In this document: piece after piece, positions 1-9,006 of the stretch
Layout: each line of letters opens with the position of its first letter
Numbering within the stretch: the stretch's first letter is position 1
Assembly: GCF_000011125.1 (NCBI RefSeq)
Contig: NC_000854.2
Location: 1,470,001 to 1,502,000, forward strand
Length of the DNA stretch: 32,000 nucleotides
Direction of reading: 5' to 3'
Source of the DNA: Aeropyrum pernix K1
GTDB taxonomy: Archaea; Thermoproteota; Thermoprotei_A; Sulfolobales; Acidilobaceae
Notes under the pieces: model-generated
What the model was told of the DNA's origin: nothing
The model's input: the letters and a program-made list of their open reading frames with translations, nothing else
Databases searched by the model: none
Position numbers and translations under genes: made by a program

Positions 1-181
1 CTAGCCTGGATGGGCTGTCTAGATAGACCTCGAACCTGTTGCACGTTGCTATTATGACGGTTCCTCTCGATGCATAACCTATAGTGTCTAGGTGTTTCTC
101 CCACTCTTTCTCAAGCCTGGCCACGTGCTCCCTGGAGGCGGTTTTAACGTTTACCCCTATCATGGCGAGCCTGTCTATCAT
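1..181 (-). CDS. hemA: Glutamyl-tRNA reductase, N-terminal part (runs off left edge of window)
   Basis: Not in the ORF track. Minus-strand translation from ATG at 181: MIDRLAMIGVNVKTASREHVARLEKEWEKHLDTIGYASRGTVIIATCNRFEVYLDSPSRL. The ATCNRFEVY segment is the GluTR catalytic-cysteine motif. GGAGGTG lies upstream and the ATG overlaps the hemC stop (TAATG). Confidence 0.92.
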   Translation of the reverse strand, partial: MIDRLAMIGVNVKTASREHVARLEKEWEKHLDTIGYASRGTVIIATCNRFEVYLDSPSRL

Positions 182-1104
182 TAAGAGCCACCTCCTGTCT
201 TATGCCAGCCCTCCACAACCCGGGACAGCTCCTCTCCAAGACTGACGCCGATTCTCCTAGCCTCCTCGATCCTCCCCTCGGCTCTAGCCCAGTAGGCCCT
301 GGATCCGTCGGGCGAGAGGGCGGCGGCTGTCACCCTAACCATGCTCCGGCCCAGCGGCTCGGCGTATGCGGCTACGGGGGTTCTACAGCCGGCCCTTGCC
401 CCCTCAAGCACACCCCTCTCCGCCCAGGCCACATGCCACCACGGGGGCTTATCCAAATCTCGTAGCATCTTCTCAACGTTGCTTCCAACCCTGGCTACGA
501 CGGCCACGAACCCCTGGCCGGGCGCTGGGGGGAAGTAGCTCGGGTCTAGGGGCGTGTACTCTACGTCGACGCCTAGCCTTATGAGACCCGCCTCCGAGGC
601 AATTATTGCGTCGTAGAGGCCCTCCCTAAGCTTCCTCAGCCTCGTGTCTAGGTTGCCCCTGAGGTTCTCCACCCTGATCCTCGGGTTGTAGTGGAGGGAG
701 AGAGCCCTTCTCCTCGCGCTGGATGTGCCTAAGGTGGAACCGGGCTCAAGGTCCTCGACCCTCCCAGGGCCTTGTCGTGATATGAGGGCGTCTCTGGCGG
801 ACGGCCTGCTGGCTATGTAGACTATTTTGAGGGGGCCGCCGTAGCCGCTGGTCGGCATGTCCTTTAGGCTATGAACGGCAATGTCCGCAGCCCCCGACGC
901 CACGGCCCTGTCGACCTCCCTCGTGAACACCCCCACGACTCCAATTGACTCCAGCGGCCTGTCGCTCCACACGTCGCCAGCGCTCTTCACCCTCACCACC
1001 TCCCAGTGCATCGAGACTCCCGCGTACCTGGAGAGTTCTTCCAGGGCCTGCTCTACCTGCAGGAGGCTGAGCCTACTCCCCCTCGCCGCCACCCTCACCC
1101 TCAA
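181..1104 (-). CDS. hemC: Porphobilinogen deaminase (hydroxymethylbilane synthase)
   Basis: N-terminus RVAARGSRLSLLQVEQ, then DIAVHSLKDMP and GCRTPVAAYA, the cofactor-attachment Cys motif. TTG start overlaps the hemL stop. Confidence 0.96.
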   Translation of the reverse strand: MRVRVAARGSRLSLLQVEQALEELSRYAGVSMHWEVVRVKSAGDVWSDRPLESIGVVGVFTREVDRAVASGAADIAVHSLKDMPTSGYGGPLKIVYIASRPSARDALISRQGPGRVEDLEPGSTLGTSSARRRALSLHYNPRIRVENLRGNLDTRLRKLREGLYDAIIASEAGLIRLGVDVEYTPLDPSYFPPAPGQGFVAVVARVGSNVEKMLRDLDKPPWWHVAWAERGVLEGARAGCRTPVAAYAEPLGRSMVRVTAAALSPDGSRAYWARAEGRIEEARRIGVSLGEELSRVVEGWHKTGGGS

Positions 1105-2399
1105 GACCCCAGCACCGTCTTGAGCGAACTCCTGAGGCCCTCAACCGCAATCTCTAGGGCCTCACCCTGGTGTGGGAGGCCTGTGAATACTGCCTCCAGG
1201 TTCGAGGGAGCTATGAATACGCCCCTCCTGAGCATCTCTTCGTGGAGCTTGACGTAGAACTTCTTATCAGCTTTTCTCGCCTGGGCAGCGTTGGAAACCT
1301 CCTCGACTCCTATGAAAAGCTGCATCATGCTCTCCACCCTGTTTATAGTGTAGGGTAAGCCCGTCCTGTCGAGGACCTCGGATGCCGCCTCCTCGAGAGC
1401 CTTTGCCGCCTCCCTCGAAACACTGTAGACCGGCTCCTCCTCGAGAGCCTTCAGCGTGGCCAGCCCGGCAGCCATGGTTATGGGGTGCGCGTTGAACGTT
1501 CCCGCGTTGAACACCTTGCCCTGGGGTGTTAGGAGGCTCATCACCTCCCTAGACCCTGCTACAGCGCCGACCGGGAAGCCGCCGCCTATTATCTTGCCCA
1601 GAACAATTATGTCGCCTTCAATGTTGAAGTAGCCTTGAGCCCCTTCGAGACCGAGCCTGAACCCTGTGACCACTTCATCCAGGATCAGAAGCGCCCCACT
1701 CTCTCTGGAAAGCCTCTGGAGGGCCGCTAGGAACTCCCTGCGGGGAGGTATAACCCCAGCATTAGCTATAACGGGCTCTACTATGACTCCCGCTATCCTG
1801 TCTCCATACTCGGCGAAGACGCGTTCGAGAGCCTCGACATCGTTATACGGGGTGACGAGGGTTAGCCTGGCGACAGCCTCAGGGACCCCCGCGCTGGTAG
1901 GGACGCCGTAGTGTGCAGCCGCGCTCCCAGCTGCAACGAGCACAGCGTCGTGGCTACCGTGGTAGCACCCGTCGAACTTCAGTATGAGGTCTCTCCCAGT
2001 GTACCCTCTAGCAAGCCTTATGGCCGTCATTGTGGCCTCTGTACCTGAATTGACAAACCTTATCATACCCCCCCTCTTAACATAGCCCAGTATCTTCTCT
2101 GCCAGGAGGACCTCGGCTTCGCCGGGCGCCCCGTACAGCCACCCCCGGGCTAGGGCCTCCTCAACCGCCTCTAAAACCCTAGGGTGCTTATGGCCTAGTA
2201 TGAGGGGGCCGTAGGCTAGCACCAGGTCAACGATCCTGGCGCCGTCTACGGTGTATAAGTAAGCGCCTTCCCCCCTCTTCACGTAGAAGGGATAGGGCTT
2301 GACGGCAGCCCTAACCGGGCTATTGACGCCTCCAGGGAATAGCTCCTTGGTCCTCTCGAAGAGCATTCTACTCTTCTCGCCCGATGCCAACACGTCCAC
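1101..2399 (-). CDS. hemL: Glutamate-1-semialdehyde 2,1-aminomutase
   Basis: Motifs LFPGGVNSPVRA, NSGTEATMTAIRLARG, LILDEVVTGFR, GKIIGGGFPVGA (PLP Lys). Confidence 0.97.
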   Translation of the reverse strand: MDVLASGEKSRMLFERTKELFPGGVNSPVRAAVKPYPFYVKRGEGAYLYTVDGARIVDLVLAYGPLILGHKHPRVLEAVEEALARGWLYGAPGEAEVLLAEKILGYVKRGGMIRFVNSGTEATMTAIRLARGYTGRDLILKFDGCYHGSHDAVLVAAGSAAAHYGVPTSAGVPEAVARLTLVTPYNDVEALERVFAEYGDRIAGVIVEPVIANAGVIPPRREFLAALQRLSRESGALLILDEVVTGFRLGLEGAQGYFNIEGDIIVLGKIIGGGFPVGAVAGSREVMSLLTPQGKVFNAGTFNAHPITMAAGLATLKALEEEPVYSVSREAAKALEEAASEVLDRTGLPYTINRVESMMQLFIGVEEVSNAAQARKADKKFYVKLHEEMLRRGVFIAPSNLEAVFTGLPHQGEALEIAVEGLRSSLKTVLGS

Positions 2400-2434
2400 C
2401 TCTCATAGCCCCGCTCCCAGGGCAGGTGGGGGGT

Positions 2435-3511
2435 CTAGAAGGGCGTCTTGCCGCTCTTGAGGGCTTCGGCAGCCTCGAGGGCGTGGTACGTTATTACGGC
2501 GTCGGCTCCTGCCCTCGCTATGCTTGTGAGGATCTCCAGCATGACGGTCTCGTAGTCTACTAGCCCTTTCTCGGCTGCCGCTTTGAGCATAAGGTACTCT
2601 CCGCTGACGTTGTAGGCGGCGAGGGGTAGCCAGGGCACGCTCCTCTTAACCTCGCTTATGACGTCGAGGTAGCTGAGAGCAGGCTTCACCATAACGATGT
2701 CCGCACCTTCGGCAGCGTCCAGTAGAACCTCTTTGACGGCCTCAAACCTGTTCCTCGGGTCCATCTGGTAGCTCCTCCTATCCCCGAATCGGGGCGCGGA
2801 GTCCATCACATCCCTGAAGGGGCCGTAGAAGCCGCTGGCGTATTTTGCGCTGTAACTCATTATACCAACCTCTGTATAGCCGGCGTTGTCAAGCGCACTC
2901 CTGATGGCGGCTACCTGGCCGTCCATCATCCCTGAGGGGGCTACAAAGTCGGCCCCCGCTTCGGCTAGGCTCACGGATATCTTGCCGTAGGCTTCTATAG
3001 ACTTGTCGTTCTCTATTAGAACCCCCCTGGGCGTCTCCCTCGGATAGCCGCAGTGGCCGTGGTCTGTGTAGCCGCAGAGGCAGACATCCGCCATTATCAC
3101 CGGCCTCCACCCGAGCTCCGCCCTTACGAACTTTATGGCCCTCTGAACAGGACCTCGGGGGCTCCAGGCTTCCGCGCCCTCGAAGCTCTTCATGCTAGGA
3201 GTTCCGAAGACGAGGAAGCTCCTAACCCCAAGGTAGAGAGCGCGGGATACCAGCTCTACAAGCTCCCGGGACTCGGGTGGGTATTTAAAGTGTCCTGGAA
3301 GACCCCTGAGGGGTTTCGGAGTCTTGAGCCCATCCTCGACGAAGAGGGGGAGTATGAACATAGATGGGTCGAGCCTGGTCTCGGCAACCAGGCTCCTCAC
3401 TCCCGGGTGGAGTCTGAGCCTCCTAGCCCTCACGCGTGGAAAGGAGAAGCCAGCGCTGGTAAGCTCTCTCAGGGGGGCCTCGCTACCTCTCTGCAAGCCT
3501 ATCCACCCCAA
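2435..3511 (-). CDS. hemB: Delta-aminolevulinic acid dehydratase (porphobilinogen synthase)
   Basis: RRLRLHPGVRSLVAETRLDPSMFILPLFV, metal site DVCLCGYTDHGHCG, MVKPALSYLD. The true start may be downstream of 3511 because the N-terminal ~25 residues do not look conserved. Confidence 0.95.
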   Translation of the reverse strand: MGWIGLQRGSEAPLRELTSAGFSFPRVRARRLRLHPGVRSLVAETRLDPSMFILPLFVEDGLKTPKPLRGLPGHFKYPPESRELVELVSRALYLGVRSFLVFGTPSMKSFEGAEAWSPRGPVQRAIKFVRAELGWRPVIMADVCLCGYTDHGHCGYPRETPRGVLIENDKSIEAYGKISVSLAEAGADFVAPSGMMDGQVAAIRSALDNAGYTEVGIMSYSAKYASGFYGPFRDVMDSAPRFGDRRSYQMDPRNRFEAVKEVLLDAAEGADIVMVKPALSYLDVISEVKRSVPWLPLAAYNVSGEYLMLKAAAEKGLVDYETVMLEILTSIARAGADAVITYHALEAAEALKSGKTPF

Positions 3512-3590
3512 GCTAATCCCGGATGATGCGTTGGTTGCATCCGCTCATGATATCCGCTGGTGAGTATGGGGCTATAGCACCGCATAACAA

Positions 3591-3609
3591 TATATATAAG
3601 ATATATACT
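3591..3609. promoter_or_regulatory. AT-rich TATA-like block in the hemB/pheS divergent spacer
   Basis: tatatataagatatatact in an otherwise GC-rich divergent spacer; usable as a TATA/BRE element on either strand. Confidence 0.45.
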
Positions 3610-3723
3610 GAACAAGGCTTCTCCAGAACACCACTCAGCCATACCAGCCGGAGACCGCGCCATGGCGGTGCGGTAGAGTGATATAGCCCCCAAGCTGACA
3701 CTGTTCCCCTAGGGTTATCAGCG

Positions 3724-5190
3724 TTGGAAGTCACGTTAAGCCAGGGCGAGTATAGGCTGTTAAAGCTCATGGCTGAGAGGGGGTTCAGGGAGGGTACGCT
3801 CGAGGAAGCCTCCAAGATACTCGGCGTCGACAAGAGCAGCCTGGCAAGCCTCTCAAACCTCCTGGCAGAAAAGGGTGTAGTCGAGGTCGAGGAGAGGGTT
3901 GAGGAGCATTATGTATTAACCGAGAGGGGTAGGGACGCGTTAGAGCGGGGGCTGCCCGAGGAGAAGCTAGTCCTATTCCTAGCAGGCAGGGGTGGGGAGG
4001 CTAGTGTTGAGGAGGTTAGGAGGGCTTTAGGAGAGGAGGCGGGCATAGCACTGGGCCAGGCCGCTAGGAAGGGGTTGGTGGTGATAGCCGGAGGTGTGGT
4101 GAGGCTGGCCGTGGATCAGGCCGAGGCCCTTAAGACGATAACTCCCCTGAAAAAACTATTAGAGAACGTTGCCTCAGGTTCTAAGCCCACAGTAGGGGAT
4201 GAGCTGCTTAGAGAGGCTTTGAGCAGAGGTCTCATCAGAAGGGAGGCTAGGCGGAGCATAGTTCTGAGGTTGAAGGTAAACCCCGCGGAGGCCCTGGCCA
4301 GGGCGAGGGTTGAGGCCGCGGTTCTCACAAGGGATATGCTGAAGAGTGGCGAGTGGAGGCGGCTCAGGTTCAAGCCGTACAACGTGAAGGCCGAGCCCCC
4401 GAGGGTTCTGCCGGCCCGCCGACACTTTCTAGCCGAGTTCATCGAGAGGTTAAGGGATATATTGAGGGAGCTTGGCTTCAGGGAGGTCCGCGGCCCCCTC
4501 GTCGAGCTGGAGCTATTCAACTTCGACGTGCTATTCCAGGCCCAGGACCACCCGGCCAGGGAGATACACGACAGTCTCTGGATAAAAAGCCCCAGGCGGG
4601 GTGACCTCTCAGGCTACTCGGACCTGGTGGAGAGGGTGGCGTCTGTCCACGAGAGAGGCTGGAAGTACAGGTGGAGCCCTGAAGTTGCCTCACGCTACAT
4701 ACTCAGAAGCCAGACCACGGCAGTATCCGCAAGGATACTAGCGACGAGGCCCAACCCGCCCGCCAGGTTCTTTACAGTGGGGAAGGTGTTCAGGAGCGAC
4801 GCCGTAGGGCCCACGAGGCTCCCAGAGTTCCACCAGCTCGACGGGATAGAGGGGGATGAGGGCTACACTTTCAGGGACCTCCTTGGCAGGCTCGACGAGA
4901 TAGCCTCGATGCTTGGTCTCAAGCTGAAGTTCAAGCCGGCCTACTTCCCCTTCACCGAGCCCAGCGTAGAGGGGTACGTTAAGCTTCCGAACGGTAGGTG
5001 GCTAGAGCTGTTCGGGGCGGGCATGTTCAGGCCCGAGGTCCTCGAGGCGGTAGGAGTCGACTACCCGGTGGGGGCCTGGGGGTTCGGCATTGAGAGGCTG
5101 GCCATGGCTTTCTACGGGGTAAGCGACATACGGAAGCTCTACACGAGGAATGTAGACGAGGTTAGGGAGATGAGGGTGAGGTGGCTGTAA
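3724..5190 (+). CDS. pheS: Phenylalanyl-tRNA synthetase alpha subunit (archaeal type)
   Basis: N-terminal winged-helix region, then FREVRGPLVELELFNFDVLFQAQDHPARE, FTVGKVFRSDAVGPTRLPEFHQLDG, GAGMFRPEVLEAVG, GFGIERLAM. Confidence 0.96.
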   Translation: MEVTLSQGEYRLLKLMAERGFREGTLEEASKILGVDKSSLASLSNLLAEKGVVEVEERVEEHYVLTERGRDALERGLPEEKLVLFLAGRGGEASVEEVRRALGEEAGIALGQAARKGLVVIAGGVVRLAVDQAEALKTITPLKKLLENVASGSKPTVGDELLREALSRGLIRREARRSIVLRLKVNPAEALARARVEAAVLTRDMLKSGEWRRLRFKPYNVKAEPPRVLPARRHFLAEFIERLRDILRELGFREVRGPLVELELFNFDVLFQAQDHPAREIHDSLWIKSPRRGDLSGYSDLVERVASVHERGWKYRWSPEVASRYILRSQTTAVSARILATRPNPPARFFTVGKVFRSDAVGPTRLPEFHQLDGIEGDEGYTFRDLLGRLDEIASMLGLKLKFKPAYFPFTEPSVEGYVKLPNGRWLELFGAGMFRPEVLEAVGVDYPVGAWGFGIERLAMAFYGVSDIRKLYTRNVDEVREMRVRWL

Positions 5191-5191
5191 G

Positions 5192-6838
5192 GTGCCGGTG
5201 ATAAGGGTTAGGAGGGAGAGGCTAGAGAGCCTCACAGGCCTCAGCATCGGCGAGCTGGAGGAGCTGCTCTTCAGGCTGAAATGCGAGGTCGAGGAGCCCG
5301 AGGAGGGAGTGCTTGAGGTGGAGGTCAACCCAGACAGGCCCGACATGTACATAGGCGAGGGGATTGCAAGGGCTGTCAAGGGGATTGCGGGGGTTGAGGA
5401 GGGCTGGGATCCTCCTGAGCTCGCCGACACCCCCCTCTCCCTGAGGGTTGAGAGGGTGCCCCAGAGGCCCTACATAGCAGCGGCTGTGGTGTACGGTGTT
5501 AACGTGGACGAGCTGTTCCTCGAAGAACTCATACAGTTCCAGGAGAAGCTTCACGACTCCCTCGGTAGGAGGAGGGCCAAGATAGCGATAGGCTTCCACG
5601 ACCTGGCTAAGCTACCTTCTGCCAGCGTGGAATACAGGCTCATGACGCTCGACACGAGGATGAAGCCACTCGGCTACGGCGGCTCCGAGATGAGCTTCAG
5701 GGAGTTCCTACTGGCAGACGAGAAGGGGAGCCTATACGGCGGCCTCGCCACGAAGGACAACAGCCACCCCTTCCTCCTATCGGGAGGGGAGGTTATAGCT
5801 GCGCCTCCTGTGATAAACAGTGAGATAACCAGAGTTGAGCCCGGGACTAGAGACCTTTTCATCGACGTCACGGGAACATCGGCGGAGCTCGTCGCGAAAA
5901 CTCTAGACATTATAGTGGCTAGCCTGGCCGAGAGGGAGGGGGCTCGTGTAGGGAGGGTTAGGCTTGAGGGGCCCGGCGCCGTGTGGGCCTCGACACCCCT
6001 CCTCTCCGAGGCCGCGGCAAAGCTCGACCCTGGGACCGTCTCCAAGGCTCTGGGAGTCGATTTAACGCCGGAGGAAGCCGCCCTACACCTTAGGAGAATG
6101 CGGCACAACGCATCGCCAGCCGGTGGGCTCGTTAACGTCAGAGTCCCCCCATTCAGGGTGGACATTCTTGGGGAGGTGGACCTAGTCGAGGATATAGCGA
6201 TCTCCATAGGCTACGAGGCCCTCGGCCCCAGGTGGCCTGGGAAGTTCCACGGGGGTAGCCTTCGTTGGGAGACCCATGTGTATAGGGCGGTGAAGGATCT
6301 GCTAGTAGGCCTCGGCTTTACGGAGGTGTTGCAGCTAGTGCTAACTAGCCCTAGGCTGGTGGAGGCCGCGGGATTCTCCAGCATGGCCGTCGAGGTCCTC
6401 AACCCTGTCCAGCAGGAGTACAGTGTCCTCAGGCCCACCCTGCTGATAACCCTCCTTCAAACCCTTAGGGAAAACCAGCATAGGAGGAAGCCTGTAAAGG
6501 TGTTCGAGGCTGGCAACGCGGTCTACCTGGAGGATGGGGAGCCGCGGGACGAGGAGAAGCTGGCGCTGGGAGTTCTGGACGAGGAGGCGGGCTTCGAGGA
6601 CGTCCAGGCCCCGCTCTACGCTGTCTTAAGGATTATGGGGGTGGATTTCGAGGTTGAAGAGGCTAGCCACCCAATGTTCATGGAGGGGAGGACGGCCGCG
6701 GTCAAGGTTGGGGGGGAGCGGCTAGGGTATATAGGGGAGGTTAAGCCTGAGGTCCTCGAAGCCTTCGGCCTGGAGTACCCCGTAGCGGCCGCCGAGATCT
6801 CGCTCGAGGTGCTTGCGAGATGGACGTCCAGGACCTGA
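5192..6838 (+). CDS. pheT: Phenylalanyl-tRNA synthetase beta subunit (archaeal type)
   Basis: One base after the pheS stop. NPDRPDMYIGEGIARAVKG, KIAIGFHDLAKL, FDINVT-type region LFIDVTGTS, YVRVLNP-like VEVLNPVQQEYSVLRPTLL. Confidence 0.94.
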   Translation: MPVIRVRRERLESLTGLSIGELEELLFRLKCEVEEPEEGVLEVEVNPDRPDMYIGEGIARAVKGIAGVEEGWDPPELADTPLSLRVERVPQRPYIAAAVVYGVNVDELFLEELIQFQEKLHDSLGRRRAKIAIGFHDLAKLPSASVEYRLMTLDTRMKPLGYGGSEMSFREFLLADEKGSLYGGLATKDNSHPFLLSGGEVIAAPPVINSEITRVEPGTRDLFIDVTGTSAELVAKTLDIIVASLAEREGARVGRVRLEGPGAVWASTPLLSEAAAKLDPGTVSKALGVDLTPEEAALHLRRMRHNASPAGGLVNVRVPPFRVDILGEVDLVEDIAISIGYEALGPRWPGKFHGGSLRWETHVYRAVKDLLVGLGFTEVLQLVLTSPRLVEAAGFSSMAVEVLNPVQQEYSVLRPTLLITLLQTLRENQHRRKPVKVFEAGNAVYLEDGEPRDEEKLALGVLDEEAGFEDVQAPLYAVLRIMGVDFEVEEASHPMFMEGRTAAVKVGGERLGYIGEVKPEVLEAFGLEYPVAAAEISLEVLARWTSRT

Positions 6839-7671
6839 AACCCCCCAAACCCCTCTACCTAGAGCGGGTGGGATTCCGGGGAGTGAGGAGGAGGGCGCTT
6901 CTGGAGACGCCTGAGGGCCCTGTGACGCTCGATCTCGAGCTAGACGTGTTCGTGGACCTTGACAGGAGCAAGCGCGGCGTCCACCTATCAAGGAACATCG
7001 AGGCCGTGGAGGCTGTTGTCTCTGAGAGGAGGGCTAGGAGTATAGAAGGGCTTCTAAGGTCTATAGCAAAGGAGCTCCTCTCCAGGCACGGATACGCCGA
7101 GAAGGCGACTGTGAGGGCTAGGACCCGCTACTACATAGACCTGGAGGCCGCTGGTGTAAAGGGGCGTGAGCCCGTTGACGTGGCTGTGACGGTCTCCCTA
7201 ACCCGGTCAGGGGGGGAGAGGTGGAGGGTGGCGGTCTCTGTGAAAGGCATGACAGTCTGCCCCAGCGCCCAGTCGACTATCGCGGAGGCCGAGGGCATCA
7301 GCGACCCGTCCAGAGCCCCCAGCCACAGCCAGAAGGTCCTCCTAAAGGGCACTGTTGACACGGGAAAGGTTATGGTACGGATAGAGGACCTAGCCCGAGC
7401 CCTTCTCCAGAGCTTCTCGGCCCCTACATTCACGCTACTCAAGAAGCCCCAGGAGGCTAGGCTCATACTGGAGGCGTTCACCCGCCCCATGTTCGTGGAG
7501 GACGTAGTCCGGGAGGCTGCATGGAGGATAGCGGCGATACCCTACATACCAGGGGAGGCGTTGCTCCAGGTCGAGGCCGTCAGCCTAGAGAGCATTCACC
7601 CCCACGATCTAGTTGCCATGCTTAGGAGTAGGGTTTCCGAGGTGAGAAGCCTCGCATCCAGAAGCGTCTAG
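6820..7671 (+). CDS. mptA: GTP cyclohydrolase, MptA/FolE2 type (COG1469)
   Basis: LERVGFRGVRRR, DLDRSKRGVHLSRNIEA, KGMTVCPSAQ, LLKKPQEARLILEAFTRPMFVEDVVREAA. Confidence 0.9.
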   Translation: MDVQDLKPPKPLYLERVGFRGVRRRALLETPEGPVTLDLELDVFVDLDRSKRGVHLSRNIEAVEAVVSERRARSIEGLLRSIAKELLSRHGYAEKATVRARTRYYIDLEAAGVKGREPVDVAVTVSLTRSGGERWRVAVSVKGMTVCPSAQSTIAEAEGISDPSRAPSHSQKVLLKGTVDTGKVMVRIEDLARALLQSFSAPTFTLLKKPQEARLILEAFTRPMFVEDVVREAAWRIAAIPYIPGEALLQVEAVSLESIHPHDLVAMLRSRVSEVRSLASRSV

Positions 7672-7801
7672 AAGCGGCTGCCCAGAGGGGCTTGAGAAGA
7701 GAGTTTACTCGAAGCCCTGGTACTGGGGCTGCCGCGGAGTAGACTGTAGAGACGCGGGCGGCGGCTTCACCCTGGTCACCGGCGTAGAGTGTGATGAGCC
7801 G

Positions 7802-8953
7802 TTGACGGCGATAGCATACCATGGGATTGTCGACGCGGAGTCTCAGAGGGAGGTTATGGAAGCACTGTTAAGGGGGGCCGCCGGCCTCGATGTCGAGTGC
7901 ACCCACCCAATAGTATCGGTGGAGGAGGTTTCACTCGAGGGTGCCGGGCCCCGGAGCTTGTCGTACAGGCTACTATCAAGGCCCTACGGCCTCCTCGCGG
8001 CGAAGGTTTACAGGAGGCCCCCTCCAGTTGATAGGGAGTGGCTGCTTCTCAGGTTCCTAGCTGCATCCAGCCTCCCCTTAGTGCCCCGCCCCCTCTGCAG
8101 GGCGTCCCTAGAGGGTAGGACCTACATGGTCGTACACGAGTATGTGGAGGGGGTTCCCGCCGCTACTCTCTTCATCGAGGCTGCTAAGCAGAGCTTGAAA
8201 ACCGGTGTGGCTACAGTCCCCTCGGAGGCGGGGGCCCTGGGGGTTGCTGTGGCCGCTATCCACTCGGCCCTGGCATCGTGCAGGGAGTCGTGGTGCATGC
8301 CGGAGGAGCCCACGGAAGCTATGGTGGAGAGGTGGATGAGCAGGCTCGCAATACGGGCCTCCATGATAGAGGACCTAGCCAGGGGGCTGCCTGCCGATGA
8401 GGCTAGGATAGTCTACGACGCGGCCTCCGCCCTACGGCAGCTACACCAGAGGGAGTGGAGGGGGCTCCTAGGAGGCGTGGCGATGCAGACGCACGGGGAC
8501 CTCCACCTCTACCAGGTCCTGGTTTCCCGGAGCGGGAGGATAGTGGTGACCGACTTCGAGGGGGAACCCTCACGCCAGCCAGCTGGGGCTATGGAGAAGG
8601 AGCATCCAGAGAGGGATCTGGCTGCACTCCTCAGGAGCCTGGACTACGCCAGCGTGCTGGCTGCCCAGGCTCTGGGGGGGAGGACGGTCGAGTCTGCCAT
8701 AGAGACGGCGAGGGGGGAGCTCAGGGGCTGGGTTGAGGCTAGCTACAGGATAGTCGAGGCCAGCTACGTTGACACGCTATCAAGAGCCGGGCTGCCCGGC
8801 GAGGTTAGCAGGGAGAGGCTTGCGTTTTGGCTGGTAGAGAGGGCCAGCTACGAGATCGTCTACGAGCTGAAGTACAGGACGGGCTACCATTTGATACCCG
8901 CCACCGCCCTGTTGGAGGCTCTGGAGGGCGGTCTGGATTGGCTGGCCCGATAG
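7802..8953 (+). CDS. Maltokinase/aminoglycoside-phosphotransferase-like kinase (Pep2/Mak-like)
   Basis: C-terminal signature HGDLHLYQVLVSRSGRIVVTDFEGEP...ERDLAALLRSLDYAS matches the maltokinase pattern HGDLHLGQVL / DFEGEP / RDVAGMLRSFDYA. N-terminal boundary is uncertain (see findings). Confidence 0.75.
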   Translation: MTAIAYHGIVDAESQREVMEALLRGAAGLDVECTHPIVSVEEVSLEGAGPRSLSYRLLSRPYGLLAAKVYRRPPPVDREWLLLRFLAASSLPLVPRPLCRASLEGRTYMVVHEYVEGVPAATLFIEAAKQSLKTGVATVPSEAGALGVAVAAIHSALASCRESWCMPEEPTEAMVERWMSRLAIRASMIEDLARGLPADEARIVYDAASALRQLHQREWRGLLGGVAMQTHGDLHLYQVLVSRSGRIVVTDFEGEPSRQPAGAMEKEHPERDLAALLRSLDYASVLAAQALGGRTVESAIETARGELRGWVEASYRIVEASYVDTLSRAGLPGEVSRERLAFWLVERASYEIVYELKYRTGYHLIPATALLEALEGGLDWLAR

Positions 8954-9006
8954 TCCCCCGCGCCGTCTACAAAGACCTCATACCGCGGGGCCTTAGGAGG
9001 GTCTCG

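Noticed and set aside
3513-3833. Six-frame ORFs antisense to the pheS start and hemB upstream (3513..3833 -, 3499..3693 -)
   Set aside because: Low-complexity Ser/Pro/Thr-rich translation antisense to coding or promoter DNA, typical GC-driven spurious ORFs.
7791-7797. Perfect box C motif GTGATGA suggesting a C/D box sRNA
   Set aside because: No CTGA D or D' box at suitable distance and no flanking terminal stem; likely part of the kinase 5' region.
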